Source of the DNA: Gemmatimonadaceae bacterium
GTDB taxonomy: Bacteria > Gemmatimonadota > Gemmatimonadetes > Gemmatimonadales > Gemmatimonadaceae
Assembly (NCBI GenBank): GCA_033763905.1
Contig: JANRJP010000030.1
Location: 1-11,797 of the forward strand
Direction: 5' to 3'
DNA length: 11,797 nucleotides
In this document: in pieces, positions 1-7,504 of the stretch
Position numbering within the stretch: the first letter of the stretch is position 1
Layout of the letters: each line of letters opens with the position of its first letter
Program-made: the position numbers and the translations under genes
The notes under the pieces: model-generated
The model's database searches: none
Told to the model about the DNA's origin: nothing
The model's input: the letters and a program-made list of their open reading frames with translations, nothing else

Positions 1-95
1 GGTGCGTTGCTGGCCGGTGCTTGGGCGCCAACCGACGCGGTGATTCCAAGGCCCACCGCCAGCGCAGCGCTCCAAACGAAGTCTCGTCGACGCAT
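1..95 (-). CDS. N-terminus of an exported protein with a twin-arginine (Tat)-like signal peptide; gene continues beyond the left edge
   Basis: Not in the ORF track. Manual translation from ATG at 95: MRRRDFVWSAALAVGLGITASVGAQAPASNA... It has an RRxF motif, a hydrophobic h-region and a VGA|Q cleavage-like site. Divergent from ggt. Confidence 0.7.
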   Translation of the reverse strand, partial: MRRRDFVWSAALAVGLGITASVGAQAPASNA

Positions 96-252
96 CGAGT
101 CGAAGGTGAGCACGAAGTCAGGAAATCGGTAGGTGATGCCCGAAACGATAGCACGAGGCTGCACCAACCAGCCACCACGCCGCCCTCACGTGGCGCCAAA
201 ACCGGGGCATCTTTCCCGTGGTCCCGCTCGCCCATCACCCCACGGTTCGGCA

Positions 253-2010
253 ATGCCTATCTCGTCACGCCACTCCACTGTTGGTCGGTACATCGCGCTC
301 GGTGCCGTGCTGCTGTCGGCGTGCACCGGCGCGAAGGACCCGCCTCGCGACGCGGTCAGCTCAACGAACGGCGTCGTGGTGAGCGCACACCATCTCGCGT
401 CGGAGGTCGGTGCCGCGGCGCTCGCGAAGGGCGGGAACGCCGTGGATGCCGCGGTCGCGACCGCCTTCGCCCTCGCGGTGACGCATCCGAGCGCCGGCAA
501 CATCGGTGGCGGGGGCTTTATGGTCGTCCGACTGGCCGACGGCTCGGTGAGCACCTTCGACTACCGCGAGAAGGCCCCGCTGGCCGCGACGGCCACGATG
601 TACCTCAACCCCGACGGGACGCGCGCCGAAGCGGCGACTGATTCGGGGTGGCGCGCGGTCGGTGTGCCGGGGACCGTCGCCGGGCTCGCGATGGCACACG
701 GCAAGTTCGGCACGTTGCCCTGGCGTGAGGTGGTGCGGCCCGCTGCCGAGCTCGCGGAACGAGGATTCACGCTGTCCGATGCGCTCGCGAAGGAACTCAA
801 CGGCGTGCTCGAGTGGATCTTCAAGCCCTTCCCGACGAGTGTCGCGACCTACGCCAAGCCCGACGGATCGAAGTGAGTGGCGGGCGACACGCTCCGGCTG
901 CCCCAGCTTTCGCGGGCGCTTCGCGCGATCGCCGATAGCGGGCCGCGGGTCTTTTACACCGGATGGATCGCCGACTCGATCGCCGCGCAGATGCGTGCGC
1001 ACAACGGCCTGATCACCAAGCAGGATCTCGCGCAATACGCCGCCGTCGAGCGCGCGCCGTTGCGCGGCACGTTCAACGGGCACGAGATCGTCGCGATGGG
1101 GCCGCCGAGTTCCGGCGGTGTGGTTGTGCTGTCGGTGCTGCAGCAACTCGAAGCCGGTGGGCTCGTCGGCTTGTCTCGCGGGTCCGCGCGCTACCTGCAT
1201 CGCAGAGCCGAGGCCTCGCGGCGCGCGTATTTGGACCGCGCCCGATGGCTGGGGGATCCGGACTTCAATCCGGATCTGCCAATCGCTCGGCTCATCGCCA
1301 AGGAAACCGCGCAGCAGTACGCCGCCGCGACCGATACGCTCAAGGCGACGTCGAGCCTGTCACTCGGCGCCGATATCGTGACCGAACGCCCCGAGTCGCC
1401 GCAGACGACGCACTTCAGCGTCGTCGATGCCCAAGGCAATGCGGTGAGCAACACCTACACGCTGGAGTCCAGCTACGGCTCCGGCGTTGTTGTCGCAGGC
1501 TTCTTGCTGAACAACGAGATGGGGGACTTCAACAAGAAGCCCGGTGCCACCAATACTGGGTGGGGGATCGGCACGCCGGCGAACGTCATTGCCCCCGGCA
1601 AGCGGATGCTCAGCTCGATGTCGCCGACGATTGTCACGCGTGGCGGGGCGTTGCGCTTGATCACGGGCTCGCCCGGCGGCCGCACCATTCCCAACACGAC
1701 GCTCGATGTGATCCTCGGCGTGACCCTGTTTGGTGACGACATCCGCAGCGCCGTTGATGCACCGCGGGTGCATCATCAGTGGATGCCCGACACGCTCTAC
1801 GTCGAAGCGGGAGTGGCGGTCCCGGACGTGTTGGCGACCCTGCGCGCAATGGGTCACGCCCTCAAGGAGGGGCCGGCGCGTTCCCAAGGTGACGCACACT
1901 CGATTCTGTACGACGCGGCGACACGAACGGCGACGGCGGCACACGACAAGCGAAGCCCGGATTCAGGGGCGCGGGCTCCCAGCCGAACCGCGCCGTCAGA
2001 ACCCCAGTAG
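253..2010 (+). pseudogene. ggt: Gamma-glutamyltransferase (lipoprotein) interrupted by an in-frame TGA at 874-876; pseudogene, sequencing error or readthrough
   Basis: ORFs 133..876 and 877..2010 are contiguous and in the same frame. GGT motifs: GGNAVDAAVATAFALAVTHPSAGNIGGGGF, DYREKAP, VGVPGTVAG, PPSSGG, Q|TTHFSVVD (nucleophile Thr codon at 1405), LLNNEMGDF, PGKRMLSSMSP, GSPGG. ATG 253 gives a signal peptide ending in lipobox LSA-C. Reading through gives 585 codons. Confidence 0.9.
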
Positions 2011-2035
2011 GCGCGTCCTCGGGCACGAGCCGACG

Positions 2036-2719
2036 TCAGGCCATCGCGGCGCGCAGGAAGCCGGTGACGATCGGATGCGGTTGCGCGGCCGTTGAGCGTG
2101 TTTGGGGAACAAACAGCGTCGCGAGGAAGAACGGATGTGCCGGCAGCTCGACGACGCGAATCTCGCCTTCGGCATCCGAACCCGTGACCTGCAGGGAGCC
2201 TGACGTGAGCAACGGCACCTTGTCCGTGCTGACGGCGAAGTTGCAGTAGTACGACTCGGTCGCCGACTGCGCCCCATAGAGCTGCGCCACACGCGACCCG
2301 TCGACGAAGCGCAACGGCAGGTCCCGTCCGGCGAGCGAACAGGCCAGGGACGAGATAAACAAGTTGGACGCGTAGGGGTCGTACTCGGCGTGCTGTGCGT
2401 CGGTGTAGCCGAGCACGTGGCGGGCGTACTCCAGGATCACGTGCTGGAATCCACCGCAGGTCCCCAAGCAGGGCACCCCTTCCTCGCGAGCGTAGCGAAT
2501 GGCGTCGAGCGCGCGCTCGAGGCTGCGGTAGGGGCTGCCGGGCGCGACCCACACGGCGTCGTACTGCTCAAGGGACTTCCGGTCGAGGGCGGCGGTGCAG
2601 AGCCATTCCGCGTCAACCGATGCTCCCAGCAGCGCCGCCGAGTGCTCGACCGCTTGGGCGGTCGCGACGTGCGGCGCGAACGTCGGATCGAATTCTCCGA
2701 TGAGTGCGATGCGTGGCAT
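2036..2719 (-). CDS. Stand-alone CTP-synthase-like class I glutamine amidotransferase domain protein
   Basis: IALIGEF start, PGSPY, AIRYARE, PCLGTCGGFQH nucleophile elbow, YYCNF and ELPAHPFFLATLF match the PyrG C-terminal domain. There is no synthetase domain. Confidence 0.85.
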   Translation of the reverse strand: MPRIALIGEFDPTFAPHVATAQAVEHSAALLGASVDAEWLCTAALDRKSLEQYDAVWVAPGSPYRSLERALDAIRYAREEGVPCLGTCGGFQHVILEYARHVLGYTDAQHAEYDPYASNLFISSLACSLAGRDLPLRFVDGSRVAQLYGAQSATESYYCNFAVSTDKVPLLTSGSLQVTGSDAEGEIRVVELPAHPFFLATLFVPQTRSTAAQPHPIVTGFLRAAMA

Positions 2720-2744
2720 TGTCCGGGTGGCGAGCGGTGAGACC

Positions 2745-2773
2745 GTAAGCGCCGACGGCGCGGCAGGTGTAAT
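2745..2773 (+). promoter_or_regulatory. Possible ECF-type (autoregulatory) promoter
   Basis: GTAAG (2745-2749), 17 nt, then GTGTAAT (2767-2773) in an AT-rich patch just upstream of the ECF gene, which lacks an SD. Resembles generic ECF -35/-10 elements; inference only. Confidence 0.3.
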
Positions 2774-2783
2774 AACATATGAG

Positions 2784-3314
2784 ATGCCTCCGACTCGTTC
2801 CGCCCCGGACGCTGAAGCCTTCGAGCGATTCTACCGTGCCCACCGGGAGCAGGTCTTCGCGACCTGCTACCGGCTCTGCGGCGATCGCGCCAGAGCGGCT
2901 GAGTGGCTGCAGGACGTGTTCGTGCGGATGTGGGAGCAGTGGGGCACGCTCACCGACCCGGAGCGGGCGGGTGGATGGGTACATCGCGTGACCCTGAATA
3001 CCGTCTTCAACATCAAGCGATCGGATCAACGTCGATTGGGACGGGTCGCGCTGGCAAGCGATCTGCCCTCGATGGCGCCCGAACCGGCTACGGAGGGAGC
3101 CTCGCCGTTTGCCACGCCGGCGCCAATCCGACGAATTGACCTCGAGCGCGCCATTGCGACGCTCACGGGCCGATCGCGGGAGGTCTTCGTCCTGCACGAC
3201 GTAGAGGGGATTTCTGCGGAGGACGTCGCCCACCTGCTACGCATCGCCCCGAGTACGGTGCGGGTGCTGCTCTCCCGCGCGCGCGCGCGGCTCCGCGAGG
3301 TGCTCTCGACGTGA
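2784..3314 (+). CDS. ECF (sigma-70 group 4) RNA polymerase sigma factor
   Basis: Sigma2 region (AFERFYRAHREQVFATCYRLCGD...LQDVFVRMW...GWVHRVTLN) and sigma4 region (LERAIATLTGRSREVFVLHDVEG...TVRVLLSRARARLRE). ATG 2784 preferred because the 2595 extension overlaps the divergent gene. Confidence 0.92.
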   Translation: MPPTRSAPDAEAFERFYRAHREQVFATCYRLCGDRARAAEWLQDVFVRMWEQWGTLTDPERAGGWVHRVTLNTVFNIKRSDQRRLGRVALASDLPSMAPEPATEGASPFATPAPIRRIDLERAIATLTGRSREVFVLHDVEGISAEDVAHLLRIAPSTVRVLLSRARARLREVLST

Positions 3315-3661
3315 TCGAGGATCTGGACGAGCTGGACTTCCGTGACGCCGTGCGGCGTGAGCGACAGAAGACGTATGGGGCTCCGGAGCAATGGCCCCTC
3401 ATCGCGGCGCGTACCGTGCACCGCGAGGCGGTACGCCGTCACACGCTGCGATCCCTTCGTGGACCTCTCGTGGCCGGATTGCTGGCTGCGTTTGCGCTCG
3501 GGGTACTCGCCACCGAGTCGGTGCGGGCGCTGAGTGCGCGCGTCGCTGACGTGTCGGCTGGGGTGCCGCGAGGCGATCACCCGTCGCTCGAGAAGCTCCG
3601 CCGCCTCGCGCCGCCGGCACCGGCGTCGCCTCGCCCCGCGCGCGCGAGACTGCAGCAGTAG
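3311..3661 (+). CDS. Small single-pass membrane protein, putative anti-sigma factor
   Basis: GTGA start/stop overlap with the ECF gene; charged N-terminus followed by one hydrophobic segment (PLVAGLLAAFALGVLA). Function inferred from context. Confidence 0.65.
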   Translation: MIEDLDELDFRDAVRRERQKTYGAPEQWPLIAARTVHREAVRRHTLRSLRGPLVAGLLAAFALGVLATESVRALSARVADVSAGVPRGDHPSLEKLRRLAPPAPASPRPARARLQQ

Positions 3662-3695
3662 CGCGAGATCGGCAGGGCCAAGGTACGATTCACAA

Positions 3696-3720
3696 CACGC
3701 GCGTCGGTAGTCGGCGCGTG
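3696..3720 (+). terminator. Stem-loop downstream of the ECF/anti-sigma pair (possible pause or terminator)
   Basis: CACGCGC (3696-3702) pairs with GCGCGTG (3714-3720); no U-tract. Confidence 0.3.
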
Positions 3721-3731
3721 CAAGGCATCGC

Positions 3732-3760
3732 TTGACCGCGCCGCCCCGTACCGACAGTTT
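3732..3760 (+). promoter_or_regulatory. Putative sigma70 promoter for the ankyrin gene
   Basis: TTGACC (3732-3737), 17 nt, CAGTTT (3755-3760). Implies a start site near 3767 and a ~135-nt leader. Confidence 0.45.
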
Positions 3761-3766
3761 CCCTGC

Positions 3767-3902
3767 AGCGCGCCACTGGGGCGCCTCCGGTCCGCGGCAA
3801 GGGAGCGTGCTCCCGCCCAGCGTCGTGCGCAGTTCGGGCTCGTCTCTTCTTCCAGGCCCTTCGTAAGCGGACACGTGGCCGATCCCGGAAGGAGTGTGTC
3901 CG
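3767..3902 (+). promoter_or_regulatory. Structured 5' leader of the ankyrin gene (candidate cis-regulatory RNA)
   Basis: Hairpins GCGCC/GGCGC (3770-3784) and GGGAG/CTCCC (3801-3814). CGGACAC (3868-3874) pairs with GTGTCCG (3896-3902), enclosing the SD. CTTCTTCC (3846-3853) is complementary to GGAAGGAG (3887-3894). Confidence 0.45.
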
Positions 3903-5564
3903 ATGCCCCGTTCGCTGTCGCACAAGAGCACCCCTGCGCTCCTCAAGCAGGAAGCCAGTCGCTGGCACGCCGCCCTCAAGAGCGGTGACGCCGAATCCCG
4001 GAAACGCCTCGCCCTCGCGTGGCCCGCGGCACCCGCCGACGCGTCGCTACGCGACGTCCAACACGCGCTGGCGCGAGAGTACGGCTTCGTCGACTGGAAA
4101 GCCCTACGTGCCGCGCTCGACGACCTCGCCGTCGACCGGCAGTCCCGGGCGGAACAGCTCGATGCGCTGCTGCGGCACGGCTGGGACGGAGACGCCGCGC
4201 TCGCTCGACGTCTCGTCGCGCGAGTCCCTGACCTCGCGCGCGACAGCATCTTCTCGGCCACCACGTGTGGCGACGTCGCGGTTGTGGACGAGTGGCTGGC
4301 CCGCGACCCCGCGTGGGCCCGCCGCACCGGCGGTCCCCTCGGCTGGACGGCACTGGCCTGCGTGTGCTACGGACGATTGGACGACGCGCACGCGGTGGCG
4401 ATCGCGACGCGCCTGCTCGATGCCGGCGCCGATCCCTCGTTCGCCTTCGACGATGGCTGGGGGAATCCGTTCACCCCGATCACCGGCGCCATCGGACTCG
4501 GGGAAGGCGTGAAGCCGTCGCATCCGCAGGCCGGCGCACTCGTGACCCTGCTGCTCGAGCGCGGGGCCAATCCCTTCGACACCCAGGCGCTCTACAACGA
4601 CTCCATCGCGCACGATGACCCGCAGTGGATGGCGCTCCTGTGGGACGCCAGCGAGCGCGCGGGACGCCTCGACGATTGGTCGCGGCGCGACGGCAAGGGG
4701 CTCGGCGGGCGTATCAAGGTCGGCACGCTCAACTACTTGCTGGGCAACGCGGTCACCAATCGCCATCATCGGCGCGCGGCGTGGCTCCTCGCGCACGGAG
4801 CCGACGCGCGCACGGTGCACAGCTACTCGGGACGCGCCGTCCACACCGAAGCACGACTCGCGGGCGACCGGGCAATGCTCACGCTGTTGGAGGCGCACGG
4901 CGCCGCAGCGGAGCCGCTCGGGCCGGCGCAGTCGCTCGACGCCCTGCTGATGGCGGGTGATCTCGAGGCCGCACGAGAGCTGGTCCGTCGTGAGCCCGCC
5001 GCGCTCGAGACCGGCACGCTGGCGCGCGCAGCGGGACACGGGAACGCGACGGCCGTGCGAATGCTCCTCGACCTCGGTGCGAATCCCGATGCGCGTGATG
5101 CAGACGGGGCGACCGCACTGCATCGCGCGGCGCACGCGCAAGCGATCGACGTGATCGACCTGCTCCTTGAGCGCGGGGCAGCCGTCGATGTTCGCGATCA
5201 TCGCTGGCAGGCGACGCCGCTTGGCTGGGCGGTGGTCACCAAACGGCCGCACGCCGCAGAGCGGCTGGCGCAGGTGTCGCAGGACATCTGGGCGCTCACC
5301 GAAAGCGGACGGGTTGCGCGCCTCGGTGCCGTCCTCGACGCCTCCCCGGGGTCGGCGCGAGAGGTCCGCGCGGGCGCAGCGGCGCCCACGCCGCTCTTCC
5401 GACTGCCGGAGGACGACGAAGCGGCGGCGGAGGTGGTAGCCCTGCTGCTGTCGCACGGGACGGACCCGCGGGTGCGCGACGGCAAGGGAAAGACCGCGGC
5501 GGAGGTCGCCACATTTCGCGGCCTCGATGCGGCCGGCGAGATGCTGCGCGCGGCAACACCGTAG
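3903..5564 (+). CDS. Ankyrin-repeat protein with an N-terminal small helical 'AREYGF-W' domain
   Basis: SD GGAAGGAG 8 nt before ATG 3903. Multiple ankyrin motifs (LLDAGADP, LLERGANP, LLDLGANPDARDADGATALHRAA, LLERGAAVDVRD...ATPLGWA, LLSHGTDPRVRDGKGKTAAE). N-terminal LKQEA...QHALAREYGFVDW module. Confidence 0.92.
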   Translation: MPRSLSHKSTPALLKQEASRWHAALKSGDAESRKRLALAWPAAPADASLRDVQHALAREYGFVDWKALRAALDDLAVDRQSRAEQLDALLRHGWDGDAALARRLVARVPDLARDSIFSATTCGDVAVVDEWLARDPAWARRTGGPLGWTALACVCYGRLDDAHAVAIATRLLDAGADPSFAFDDGWGNPFTPITGAIGLGEGVKPSHPQAGALVTLLLERGANPFDTQALYNDSIAHDDPQWMALLWDASERAGRLDDWSRRDGKGLGGRIKVGTLNYLLGNAVTNRHHRRAAWLLAHGADARTVHSYSGRAVHTEARLAGDRAMLTLLEAHGAAAEPLGPAQSLDALLMAGDLEAARELVRREPAALETGTLARAAGHGNATAVRMLLDLGANPDARDADGATALHRAAHAQAIDVIDLLLERGAAVDVRDHRWQATPLGWAVVTKRPHAAERLAQVSQDIWALTESGRVARLGAVLDASPGSAREVRAGAAAPTPLFRLPEDDEAAAEVVALLLSHGTDPRVRDGKGKTAAEVATFRGLDAAGEMLRAATP

Positions 5565-5569
5565 GCCGC

Positions 5570-5603
5570 CGCAGAAACTGCGCCGCGGCTCGCGACCGCG
5601 GTG
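5570..5603. terminator. GC-rich hairpins between the convergent ankyrin and GNAT genes
   Basis: CGCAG-AAA-CTGCG (5570-5582) and CCGCGG-N7-CCGCGG (5583-5601); no U-tract. Confidence 0.3.
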
Positions 5604-6152
5604 TCAGTCCAGCGACTTGCGCATTCGCGTCAGCGGCACCGCGGCGCCGCCACGCGCGTCGAGGATCTCCTCGCCCGCGGCGTAGCCGCAGGCTGCGTAC
5701 AGTGGCTCGCCCGCCTTCGTCGCCATCAGTTCGACGCTCGTAAACCCTTCGGCTTTGGCCGCCGCTTCGCACAGCGCGAGAATGCGTCGGCCAATGCCGC
5801 GGCGAGCGAAGGCCGGGTGGGTGTACATCGCGCGCACCCGTGCGGCATCGACGGCGGGGTTGAGCAGCGCCGCGTCGCGGCCCGGGGTCTGGTCGCCCCC
5901 ATAGAGCGTAGCGCGACGGCTCCATCCCCCGCAGCCCGCCAGCTGCCCGTCGCACTCGACGACGAAATAGGTGCCGTCCTCGATCAGTTGGGTGTCGAGC
6001 CCCATAATCGTGCGACTCGACGCGATCTGGCGTTCATCCAGAAACGGCCGCTGCAGTTCGCTGATGGCGGCGTGCATCAGGGCCCGCAAGGCGTCCACGT
6101 CGGCGGGAGTGGCGAAGCGGGAAGTGAGGTGGGGGCGATTAGCCGCAGCCAT
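5604..6152 (-). CDS. GNAT-family N-acetyltransferase
   Basis: RFATPADVDAL, YFVVECDGQLAGCGGW, and acetyl-CoA motif A (VRAMYTHPAFARRGIGRRIL), then ELMAT..GEPLYAACGY. Start is ATG 6152 or 6164. Confidence 0.9.
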   Translation of the reverse strand: MAAANRPHLTSRFATPADVDALRALMHAAISELQRPFLDERQIASSRTIMGLDTQLIEDGTYFVVECDGQLAGCGGWSRRATLYGGDQTPGRDAALLNPAVDAARVRAMYTHPAFARRGIGRRILALCEAAAKAEGFTSVELMATKAGEPLYAACGYAAGEEILDARGGAAVPLTRMRKSLD

Positions 6153-6267
6153 CGTTCTGAACATAAGGCTGACAGCAAGACGGCCTTCCCGAACGGACAC
6201 CAATCGCCGCCACGCACGGGCAGTGCCTCGCGCGCTCCGAACGCTGGCGACTCGGCGAGTTACAGTC

Positions 6268-6300
6268 TTGCATTAGAATGAACGCACGTTCATTTTAATG
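6268..6300 (+). promoter_or_regulatory. 30-bp palindromic TetR operator overlapping a sigma70 promoter
   Basis: CATTAGAATGAACG-CA-CGTTCATTTTAATG (6271-6300): 14-bp arms with one mismatch. TTGCAT (6268-6273), 17 nt, CATTTT (6291-6296). Confidence 0.85.
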
Positions 6301-6301
6301 T

Positions 6302-6889
6302 ATGGTCAGAACCGAAGCGCAAAACGCCGCGATGCGCGCGGCCACCAGCGAGCGGCTCCTGCTGAGTGCGATGGCCTGCTTCGTCGAGTACGGATACTCG
6401 GCCGTCACCGTGCGCAAGATTGCCGCGCACGCCGGCCTGTCGGTTGGCGTGTTGTACCAGCACTACCCCAACAAGACGGCGCTGCTGCTCGCCGCCTTCG
6501 AGCGCAGTATGGAGCAAGTGCGCGCCACCTTCGCGGTGGCCGCGGCCAGCACGGGGAGCGGGCAATTGCCGGCGCTCGTCCGTGCCGCAGCGGCCACGGT
6601 GCGCGAGCACCTCGCGTTCTGGCAGCTCGGCTACGCGGCGCGCCACCAACCGGAGATCACGCGCGCCCTCGGCCCCGCGCTCGAGACGTGGACGGAAGAA
6701 ATCGTTGCGCTGCTTTCGGCGTTGCTCAGCCAAGCTGGCGTCCGCGAACCCACGCTCGATGCGCTCGCGCTCTTCGCGCAGATCGACGGGATGTGCGTGC
6801 ACTTCGCGCTCGCGCCGGATTCGTACCCGCTGGAGGCCGTCGCCGAGCAGGTCATCGCGAACGTCTCCCTTCGCCTGAGGGCTTCCTGA
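6302..6889 (+). CDS. TetR/AcrR-family transcriptional regulator
   Basis: N-terminal HTH signature ERLLLSAMACFVEYGYSAVTVRKIAAHAGLSVGVLYQHYPNKTALL; 195 aa. Confidence 0.95.
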   Translation: MVRTEAQNAAMRAATSERLLLSAMACFVEYGYSAVTVRKIAAHAGLSVGVLYQHYPNKTALLLAAFERSMEQVRATFAVAAASTGSGQLPALVRAAAATVREHLAFWQLGYAARHQPEITRALGPALETWTEEIVALLSALLSQAGVREPTLDALALFAQIDGMCVHFALAPDSYPLEAVAEQVIANVSLRLRAS

Positions 6890-6892
6890 CGT

Positions 6893-7504
6893 ATGCGCCT
6901 CGCTACACGGTACCACGCCCCACTCCCGGCGAGCACGCGGCCGAGCGAGATGGCGCCCATCCTCGTCCGCGCGTTCGCGGATGTCGATCATCGACTGCAG
7001 ACGGCCTGGGATGGCGCCTCGGCTGCGCAGCGCGATACGCGACGACGCGATGGCGGGTGGAGTCTGCGCGAAGTCCTCGAGCATATTGCGTTGACGAACG
7101 AAGGCTATCTCGTGCCGATGACGCAGCTCGCGGACGCGCTCGTTCGTTCGCCTCGCGTGGCGGCGCCGTGGCGAGCCACCTTTGTGGGCAAGTGGCTCGT
7201 GCGCTCCCTCGAGATGACGATCAAGATGCCGGCGCCTCGAACGATTCGGCCCGGACCTTCGCCGAGACCTCAGGTGCTGGAGGCGGTCATCGAGACGCAT
7301 CACGCCGTGTGTACGCTGGTGAAGCGGACCGCCGAGACTGACTGGGGCTCTGTCCGAATGGTCTCACCGTTCAGTCGATTGGTGCGACCGAACTTCGGCG
7401 ATGCGGTACTGGCCGTGCTGCGGCACTCGGAGCGGCACGCGAGCCAGATCGAAGCACTATTGCAAGAGTTGCCTTCCGCTCCGCTGCGCGGCACTATGGA
7501 CTGA
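6893..7504 (+). CDS. DinB/YfiT-family protein (metal-dependent, thiol-transferase-like fold)
   Basis: GGWSLREVLEH and HSERHASQI provide the His metal triad; starts 3 nt after the tetR stop. Confidence 0.85.
   Translation: MRLATRYHAPLPASTRPSEMAPILVRAFADVDHRLQTAWDGASAAQRDTRRRDGGWSLREVLEHIALTNEGYLVPMTQLADALVRSPRVAAPWRATFVGKWLVRSLEMTIKMPAPRTIRPGPSPRPQVLEAVIETHHAVCTLVKRTAETDWGSVRMVSPFSRLVRPNFGDAVLAVLRHSERHASQIEALLQELPSAPLRGTMD

Noticed and set aside
133..252. N-terminal extensions of ggt (from 133), the ECF sigma (from 2595), the GNAT (from 6203) and DUF3303 (from 10695)
   Set aside because: They are low-complexity extensions. Downstream ATGs give a proper signal peptide or domain start and avoid overlaps.
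874..930. Selenocysteine insertion or genetic code 4/25 explaining the ggt TGA
   Set aside because: The position is not a catalytic Cys site, no convincing SECIS-like hairpin follows, Trp is encoded by TGG throughout, and TGA ends several genes in the window.
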